Below, one piece after another: positions 17,347 to 23,533 of a stretch of 23,533 nt of DNA (the first letter of the stretch is position 1; each line of letters starts with the position of its first letter). The notes under the pieces were generated by a model. It did not search any database and was not told the origin of the DNA. It worked only from the letters and a program-made list of their open reading frames with translations. The stretch is from positions 1 to 23,533 of the forward strand of contig JASLKH010000075.1 in the NCBI GenBank assembly GCA_030747675.1, given 5' to 3'. The DNA comes from Candidatus Thalassarchaeaceae archaeon (GTDB lineage: Archaea; Thermoplasmatota; Poseidoniia; Poseidoniales; Thalassarchaeaceae). The position numbers were made by a program, and so were the translations under genes.

Positions 17347-17736
17347 ATGTCTGAAAACGAAGACGAACTTGTGGTTTCACTTCCAGTTATGGATTCATCA
17401 CCTCCCAATAAAGGAGGGTTCAAGAGTAAGTTGAAAAATTCTCTTGGAACTATTCGGCTAATCTGGTATGAATTAACAGCAGGAGTGGGGGCTTGGGGCT
17501 CACTGAAACCCCTGCTTGCGGCATTACTTGCTCTAATCCCATTCCTATTCATTGGACAGCATTTCAATAGAGAGCATCAAAAAGCGTTTGATTGGATGAT
17601 GCTACAAGTCCCATTGTTGCTAACATTAGTATTATTTCCGATACTTTGGATATGGTCAATTTTCGATGCGTATCGAATCGCAATGATTGATGTTACTATG
17701 AATGAAAATGAAAAACGTGTTTTAGAAGCGCTTTGA
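17347..17736 (+). CDS. Small membrane protein of the GQ-x-YN...K...W-x-x-S-x-x-DAY type (TM2/DUF5683-like)
   Basis: LIPFLFIGQHFNREHQKAF and ILWIWSIFDAYRIA match the recurrent motif of this small membrane family. GAGG at 17340-17343 precedes ATG 17347. Confidence 0.65.
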   Translation: MSENEDELVVSLPVMDSSPPNKGGFKSKLKNSLGTIRLIWYELTAGVGAWGSLKPLLAALLALIPFLFIGQHFNREHQKAFDWMMLQVPLLLTLVLFPILWIWSIFDAYRIAMIDVTMNENEKRVLEAL

Positions 17737-17738
17737 GT

Positions 17739-18221
17739 CTACCAATCATCAGGGATTTCAATTGGGGAGAAAAGTTGCCCTGGGCTGCGAGCACTAGCTA
17801 ACTGATTACGCGCTAAATGCTCCCATTGTCGCAATTGCATCAAAGAATCACCTAATGGCAGTTCAGTTGCATGAATTGCTGTCCGTAGTATTGTATCAAA
17901 GATATCCATTCTATCATAATCCACATTTTCTATCAAAGTATCCATTTCGAAATCAAAATCGCTTGAACTTTCGGAATCACGCCCAATAAGCGGCCATGGC
18001 TGGGACAAAATTGGTGGGACAATTTCCCCCTTTTGGTGGGCATGTTCTTTCAATGCTGCAGAAATCTGTTTAGTGTATTTTGAAAGCACTAAACTTGTCT
18101 CTAAAAGAGGCATTGAATATTGATTAAGAAAACTAACCATTTGCTCTTGTAAAAATACCATTTTCTCTGCTGAATTATCCTCTGGCCTAGGAATTGAACC
18201 ATCTGATCTTTTTTCTGACAT
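17739..18221 (-). CDS. Hypothetical soluble helical protein with an internal duplication; probably co-transcribed with the giant surface protein
   Basis: 160-aa ORF with SD-like GGAG (18233-18230) 8 nt before the ATG, starting 14 nt after the stop of the upstream giant gene. No TM segment. Confidence 0.8.
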   Translation of the reverse strand: MSEKRSDGSIPRPEDNSAEKMVFLQEQMVSFLNQYSMPLLETSLVLSKYTKQISAALKEHAHQKGEIVPPILSQPWPLIGRDSESSSDFDFEMDTLIENVDYDRMDIFDTILRTAIHATELPLGDSLMQLRQWEHLARNQLASARSPGQLFSPIEIPDDW

Positions 18222-18235
18222 AAATCCGACTCCAA

Positions 18236-21200
18236 CTAGATTTCTCCAGCCGCACGAGCATTGTCAATTTGCTCTTGTGTCCAACCACCTGCTAACAATT
18301 GTTCGTCAGAGAATGACTGAGCTGAAGATAGGGGTAGATTTTGCCCACTTGAGAGGAACTCCGTAGCGGCACTTTCTAACTCGCTTTGGCGTAAGTATCC
18401 ATTGCCATCAGCGTCGTAATTACTTGCAAAAGATAAGAACGCAGCACTATCTTCAATTCCATTTTGACTTACTATTCTGGAAAATACACTGTTACTGTAA
18501 TCGAGAGGGACATTGATTTCGGGAGAGGGTGTTGTCACAAGTGCTGGTGATACGGATTCTACTGGCCTAGCAAGAATATCCATGGGTGATGCCTTGACTT
18601 GAGCAGGAGGAGTTTCGAAAACAGGAGGAGGGGCGATAATATCTGCTGGTGGTTGAACCACAGGTGTTACTGAATCCTGTAATTCGGTAGGTGGCGGAAA
18701 ATTTTCAAAACCTGGAGGTGGGGCCAAATTAATTGGTTCGGGGTCAGATATTTCTTCTTCAAATTCTGCTGAGTCCAATTCTAAAATAGCAAGTTTTTCA
18801 CGACGGTATAAAACCAACATCGATACTCCGAAACAAAGTGATGCTACTGCCAAAATGTATAGTACAAATAAGCCAGTTGAATCCTCAATTTGGTTGCTCA
18901 ATGCTTCACCATCTCGGGCGACATGAGGTTTTATGGCTAAGGGTTCAATTGTCACCCAATCAATGTCGACGTGGCCATCTCTAGCAACCAACTGGTAGCG
19001 ATGAATCTCTTCATCCTCGACTTCTTCAGTTAGGACATCTAGTTGAATTTGCCAAGGTGATTCACCATTAATGAGTACAGATGCAGAAACATCACGCACC
19101 TCAACCCATTGATCCGAATTCACTTCTTCTAGGAGAACAAATGAAATTTCGCCAGACTCTGCACCTGAATTGATACCGTTGACCTTCAAAATTGCTAATT
19201 CACCACCAGAAGGTGAGGGGTTATCCCAACTAATTACGGTTGAGTTTGCTCGCAAATCCACTGTAGGTCCATATCGCACTAATCTCCATTGAACTAAGGG
19301 GCTGTGCTCTGTATTATTCTCAGAAAGATAGGGGTTCCCAGCGGTATCTGAACCAGTAATCCAAACGTCAACAATGTACCCTGGAAGTAATTCGATTGAA
19401 CCACCATCTGTCAAGTCAAGCACCCCATCCCAACCCCAATCTAACCCTATCGGGGAACCTGATTGAAATTGCTGATTACCTCGTGAAATTTCACTAGTCC
19501 CCGCACGGATTTTCCAATGAACTTCTGCTGGTCGTTCAATGTCGAACCCATGTTCATCTGAAACATGTAAATTGACAGACATCTGATCTGCATCCCCTAG
19601 TCCAATATCTCCCGATGGACTCATCGATCTTATCTCAGGTGGAGTACCATCAACAATGAGTTGAATATGTGGGGTTATCACTGTGGTGTCTGATGCCAAA
19701 CCCGGTAAATTCTCCAATTCAGCATACAAATCTAGCCCACCACTTCTGACATTTGGTACAAGTATGTCCAATGTGAATTCTCCACCCTCTCGTGGAACTG
19801 CCGACCATGATTGTTCTAAATCCCCGACTACAATGTCAAATGCACCTTCTGGCGCAGGTGCAGAATCTTCACTGAACAATAATCGCCCATCAATTCGAAC
19901 TACTTGACCTGCTGCGATTAATTCAGGGTTGTCACCTGGGCGATACAAATTTCGGCCTGTTGCCAAATCTGTTGCTGTGAAATGCCCTGGGACCATATCG
20001 AATTTGAGGTCGTTATCTAGACTCCATTCATCGTAACCCAATCCGCTATTTGTTTCGTGACAAGGAATTACTGAATCAAGGTCGCACGGCCAATCTGTTA
20101 TTTTTGCAATAGGGACAAACGAATCAGAACCATCTGTATCGAATTCTTCAGGGAACCACCATGTTAATTGGAATCGAATATCAAGATACAGAATACTTTG
20201 ATTGGTTGGTTCTGTAGCCCATGAACTGTATAGATTTGAGACTGCAACAGCTGTACTTCCAGACTCAAGGTGCATTGTGTGGCCAAATTCTGGTCGCGTG
20301 AAGTTAGCCCAAATTGATGCCCTTTCATCATTGAAATCCTCTATCAATGAAAGGTGAATGGAAGCAATATCTTGCCAACCATTCCCATCACCAACCATCA
20401 AACGTGCGATGTATTCAGTTCCAGGGTGTAGGGGTGCTTCATCGTCATGTCCCAAAATTGTTGAATTATATACTTCAATAATCGGTTCAAATTCATCACG
20501 TATCGAATATGTCGATAAATCGGCATTCCAATCTGGAATGGATTGCCCAGAACCAAAACCGCATGTTAAAGGGAAGCCTGGACAGATTGGTCCGCCGCCA
20601 CGAGCAACTGCATTTTGTTGTTGATCTTCTCCACTAACATAGTATGATACCTTCTCTCCATGAGAATTTGATGAATCGTCAATAATTCCACTAAAAATAT
20701 TGAGGCCACCAGGGAGAATTTCAGGGGAACGTAATAGGGATGTCCGATACTCGTTTTCATCAGGATAGGAATTATAATTCAAATCATCTTGTGCTTCAAC
20801 CCAATAATGAAGGGTGATTTCTGTTGGAGGATCAACAGAATCCTCTATGACGATGGAAATTGATTGGGTTCCAGCATGTAATTCAATACCATCAGTCGGC
20901 GTTGATCCAATTACCAATGGACTGTTTCCGTCCAAAACAATCCTCATCACATTGAATGTTGGATTAATGAAATCGCTACCAGAAGGTAGTGATACTGCTT
21001 TAACACTGAATAACATGCCTCCTTGACTTGACTGCAATGGTGTTTCAAAAGTCATGTAGTATTCCCCATGTGCTGGGTTTGCTTCGGTGGTGAACAATAC
21101 ATCATCGCCCATTGGATTGCCATCCTGAGTCAAGTTTTGTCCAATAATTTCCAAATCAAATTGGCCTGCTGCAGGGGAAAGAGATGTTCCTTCAAAGGCA

Positions 21201-23533
21201 ATTGTTCCACTGAATGTAATATTCTGGCCACCTCGCATCCAATCATATACCAATAACTCTCTACCTGATTCATCTACTGCCAGAAGGTTCAGTAATTGAA
21301 TATCATTTTCAACACGTAGATTCAAATTTTCAGTTGTCCAAGAATTAACAGATTGGCCCAGATTATCTGCCACTGAAATATTTGCTTCGGTTGCAGTTTC
21401 ATCATCCCAAGCCCAGTTTGCTTGCAAAGGCATTCGAATACTAACTATGCCATTTCCATCATCTACGGCAGTACAATTTCCCGTGTCAAATTTCACAATG
21501 TCAGCGACATCGCTAACTTCCGAGCAAGAATTACCAGCATCCCATCTCAAATGTGGATCCTCGCCGTGACTAGATTGTAGTTCTACATCAACTCGATCTA
21601 ATTGAGTCGTATCATCGCCTTTAGCAATACGAGTTACAAGAACGCGATCTACACCATCTGGTACCAAAAGTCCTCCTTCGATTGTGCTATCTAAAACGCG
21701 CGTTCTAAACCGATATGTGATATCTAAATCTGAAAGGCGGACTCGTCCAGGGCTCCCCGCTTTGATAGTGAAGGTAATATTTACTGTCCCCCCTCCATTT
21801 TGAGGTGTATGGGAATTTAGTGAATCTGTAAGCCCTTGATTATTGACGACTATTGGGTCTTGTAATCCACCAGCACCTGTGTATTCATTTGTTCCATCGT
21901 CGCCCACATCAATTCGAACCGCACTTGGATACCCTTCCTCATAATGCAACGTTAACGACTCAAGCGCAGGAGTTAGTGAACTATTTGTAGAATTCAATAC
22001 GACAAGGTACTTCAAGGAATTCCCCACACTTGAACCCCAATCTTTGTCCACATTATTCTGTGCCCATTCCCAACTTTGACCTCCATCATTTGAAATCATG
22101 ATACCAACAGATGTCCCCGTTGGCTCATTTGCTGTCCACTCAGCCCTCATGTGTCCCACTTGGGTCCCTGTTGGCAAGTCAGGAGATTCCCATTCACCTG
22201 CAGTAACATACGATGTTGCATATTCCATCGACACCCACCACGATACTGCTGTAGTACCAACAAGTTGCACTTTCCACTTTAGTTGAGTTCCTGGGTGAGA
22301 AAAATGGACTGTTTCATTGTTGCTTACTCCAACCCAATGAACTCCATTGTCAGCGCTGACCCAATATTCAACACGATCTCCTGCTGCGCTAGTCGACCAC
22401 GAAAGAGCCACGTTTGCTGCTACAACTGGATCATCAGTTTCCACCACATTGCTAACCCAAGTTGATGTACCTGGTTGAGCTGTAATTAAGTACGTGATTC
22501 CAGTTCCATATTCTCGATACCTTTGGCCTTGAGTCCAAGAATAATGATCTAAGGTATTGAACCTGTGACCATCGTAGTGCAACCCGTAACCATTCGCAGA
22601 AATCGAGGTTATACTCTGTTGTTTGGTTAATGTGGAGCCTGGATCACCAGTAATTGCATAGCACTCCAACTTATCAGAATTCCATGAATTATAGACTCTG
22701 AAGTAAATATAATTGCCATGTACTGACATACCTCTAACTTGTCCAGAGGACATGAAGTAATTGTAAGAATCTGTATTGTTTCGAACAAAACCTCCGGCAC
22801 CGTCAAAATCATACTGAACTAATGTTTTACGTGTGTTATGATTGACCCAAATACTGTCTCGTGTTCGATCAAAAGATATTGCTGAATAATCACCAAAACC
22901 ACCTGTACTTACATCGTATGAAGAAACGCATTCCCACTGTAATGGATATCGGATATCCCATTCCACAATCCTGTGATATTGAGCCGCATTTGAACCACGG
23001 TAGCTAGAGAGGATACCAAACGCCCTTTCATCATCAGTGATTGCCCAATCTCTCCAACCATATGACTGCCAAGTCCCTGGTAATGAGGGGATTGTACAAG
23101 CCCCCAGGTCTAATGTTGGTCGCACTGGTTGATTATTTGCCCCAATCATTTGGGATGCATTATTTGAATATAGGACCTTCATGCTATTTGACAACACACT
23201 TGCATCCCATGTTGAGGCAAATAACATGCCTCTATAATGAAATGAGGCGCCATTGTAAGTAGCCATAGTTCCAGATTGCAATGACCTTTGAGTCGAAAAA
23301 CGGCTTTCTGAAACATTTGTTGTATGTGGTTGACGTATAGAATAAGTTGCATTATCATACCATGCACTTGAACTAGATGGGTTAGTTTCCATGTCATGCG
23401 GAATAAACCATTCAGCACTGTTGGCAAAATCGAGTGTTATCGCGTCGCCACGCTCGTCAGTATCCGTTGAAGTCCCTGATTCCCAATCACTTCGTGTTGA
23501 ATCAGATACACTATTCCACCCAGTTACAGAAGC
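18236..23533 (-). CDS. Giant single-pass surface protein (>1765 aa, 5'-truncated): propeller-like N-terminal region, Asp-box-containing repeats, Ig-like stalk, TM helix, Pro-rich tail and EF-hand
   Basis: I translated 23533-23393 and found no stop (ASVTGWNSVSDSTRSDWESGTSTDTDERGDAITLDFANSAEWFIPHD-METNP), so the gene starts outside the window. TM GLFVLYILAVASLCFGVSMLVLY at about 18807-18875. EF-loop DADGNGYLRQSE at 18415-18380. Short Cys pairs and many N-x-S/T sequons in the extracellular part. Confidence 0.9.
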   Translation of the reverse strand, partial: ASVTGWNSVSDSTRSDWESGTSTDTDERGDAITLDFANSAEWFIPHDMETNPSSSSAWYDNATYSIRQPHTTNVSESRFSTQRSLQSGTMATYNGASFHYRGMLFASTWDASVLSNSMKVLYSNNASQMIGANNQPVRPTLDLGACTIPSLPGTWQSYGWRDWAITDDERAFGILSSYRGSNAAQYHRIVEWDIRYPLQWECVSSYDVSTGGFGDYSAISFDRTRDSIWVNHNTRKTLVQYDFDGAGGFVRNNTDSYNYFMSSGQVRGMSVHGNYIYFRVYNSWNSDKLECYAITGDPGSTLTKQQSITSISANGYGLHYDGHRFNTLDHYSWTQGQRYREYGTGITYLITAQPGTSTWVSNVVETDDPVVAANVALSWSTSAAGDRVEYWVSADNGVHWVGVSNNETVHFSHPGTQLKWKVQLVGTTAVSWWVSMEYATSYVTAGEWESPDLPTGTQVGHMRAEWTANEPTGTSVGIMISNDGGQSWEWAQNNVDKDWGSSVGNSLKYLVVLNSTNSSLTPALESLTLHYEEGYPSAVRIDVGDDGTNEYTGAGGLQDPIVVNNQGLTDSLNSHTPQNGGGTVNITFTIKAGSPGRVRLSDLDITYRFRTRVLDSTIEGGLLVPDGVDRVLVTRIAKGDDTTQLDRVDVELQSSHGEDPHLRWDAGNSCSEVSDVADIVKFDTGNCTAVDDGNGIVSIRMPLQANWAWDDETATEANISVADNLGQSVNSWTTENLNLRVENDIQLLNLLAVDESGRELLVYDWMRGGQNITFSGTIAFEGTSLSPAAGQFDLEIIGQNLTQDGNPMGDDVLFTTEANPAHGEYYMTFETPLQSSQGGMLFSVKAVSLPSGSDFINPTFNVMRIVLDGNSPLVIGSTPTDGIELHAGTQSISIVIEDSVDPPTEITLHYWVEAQDDLNYNSYPDENEYRTSLLRSPEILPGGLNIFSGIIDDSSNSHGEKVSYYVSGEDQQQNAVARGGGPICPGFPLTCGFGSGQSIPDWNADLSTYSIRDEFEPIIEVYNSTILGHDDEAPLHPGTEYIARLMVGDGNGWQDIASIHLSLIEDFNDERASIWANFTRPEFGHTMHLESGSTAVAVSNLYSSWATEPTNQSILYLDIRFQLTWWFPEEFDTDGSDSFVPIAKITDWPCDLDSVIPCHETNSGLGYDEWSLDNDLKFDMVPGHFTATDLATGRNLYRPGDNPELIAAGQVVRIDGRLLFSEDSAPAPEGAFDIVVGDLEQSWSAVPREGGEFTLDILVPNVRSGGLDLYAELENLPGLASDTTVITPHIQLIVDGTPPEIRSMSPSGDIGLGDADQMSVNLHVSDEHGFDIERPAEVHWKIRAGTSEISRGNQQFQSGSPIGLDWGWDGVLDLTDGGSIELLPGYIVDVWITGSDTAGNPYLSENNTEHSPLVQWRLVRYGPTVDLRANSTVISWDNPSPSGGELAILKVNGINSGAESGEISFVLLEEVNSDQWVEVRDVSASVLINGESPWQIQLDVLTEEVEDEEIHRYQLVARDGHVDIDWVTIEPLAIKPHVARDGEALSNQIEDSTGLFVLYILAVASLCFGVSMLVLYRREKLAILELDSAEFEEEISDPEPINLAPPPGFENFPPPTELQDSVTPVVQPPADIIAPPPVFETPPAQVKASPMDILARPVESVSPALVTTPSPEINVPLDYSNSVFSRIVSQNGIEDSAAFLSFASNYDADGNGYLRQSELESAATEFLSSGQNLPLSSAQSFSDEQLLAGGWTQEQIDNARAAGEI

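Noticed and set aside
17325-17354. Tiny ORF MPERSEEDV* overlapping the start of the 17347 gene, suggesting a 1-nt frameshift that would join MPERSEEDV to SENEDEL
   Set aside because: ATG 17347 has its own SD-like GAGG and there is no slippery site. Without reads or orthologues a frameshift cannot be supported.
23390-23392. ATG at 23392 as the start of the giant protein
   Set aside because: The frame stays open to the window edge and no signal peptide follows this Met, so the real start lies outside the window.
1-23533. tRNA/rRNA genes, transposases, integrases, defence systems
   Set aside because: No cloverleaf or T-loop motif in the short intergenic gaps, and no ORF with transposase, recombinase, nuclease-defence or methyltransferase signatures.

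Overview
Gene-dense archaeal chromosomal segment. The archaeal-type GluRS, uS15 and ArcS, together with large acidic single-pass surface proteins carrying PPC, CARDB and TSP3 modules, point to Thermoplasmatota, most likely Marine Group II (Ca. Poseidoniales); this placement is inference, not a database result. Housekeeping genes: gltX (5'-truncated by the window edge), rps15, arcS, dnaJ, an ExoA-like GT2 glycosyltransferase and a UPF0201-type RNA-binding protein. They are interleaved with four large secreted or membrane-anchored proteins (704, 969, 598 and >1765 aa) and several small membrane proteins. I found no rRNA, tRNA, CRISPR array or mobile element. Most interesting observations: (1) a short, apparently catalytically dead DHH/RecJ-like (GAN/Cdc45-type) gene directly downstream of rps15; (2) an in-frame fusion of pyroglutamyl-peptidase I and a MutT-type Nudix hydrolase; (3) surface proteins whose cytoplasmic tails carry small modules, namely a canonical EF-hand loop, a shared terminal QL-x-x-x-G-[WY]-T-x-[ED]-Q helix-turn-helix (UBA-like) and Zn ribbons; (4) a 160-aa protein with an internal gap-free duplication, encoded right behind the giant surface protein; (5) a near-perfect 9-bp in-frame tandem repeat encoding a (DGT)10 stalk.
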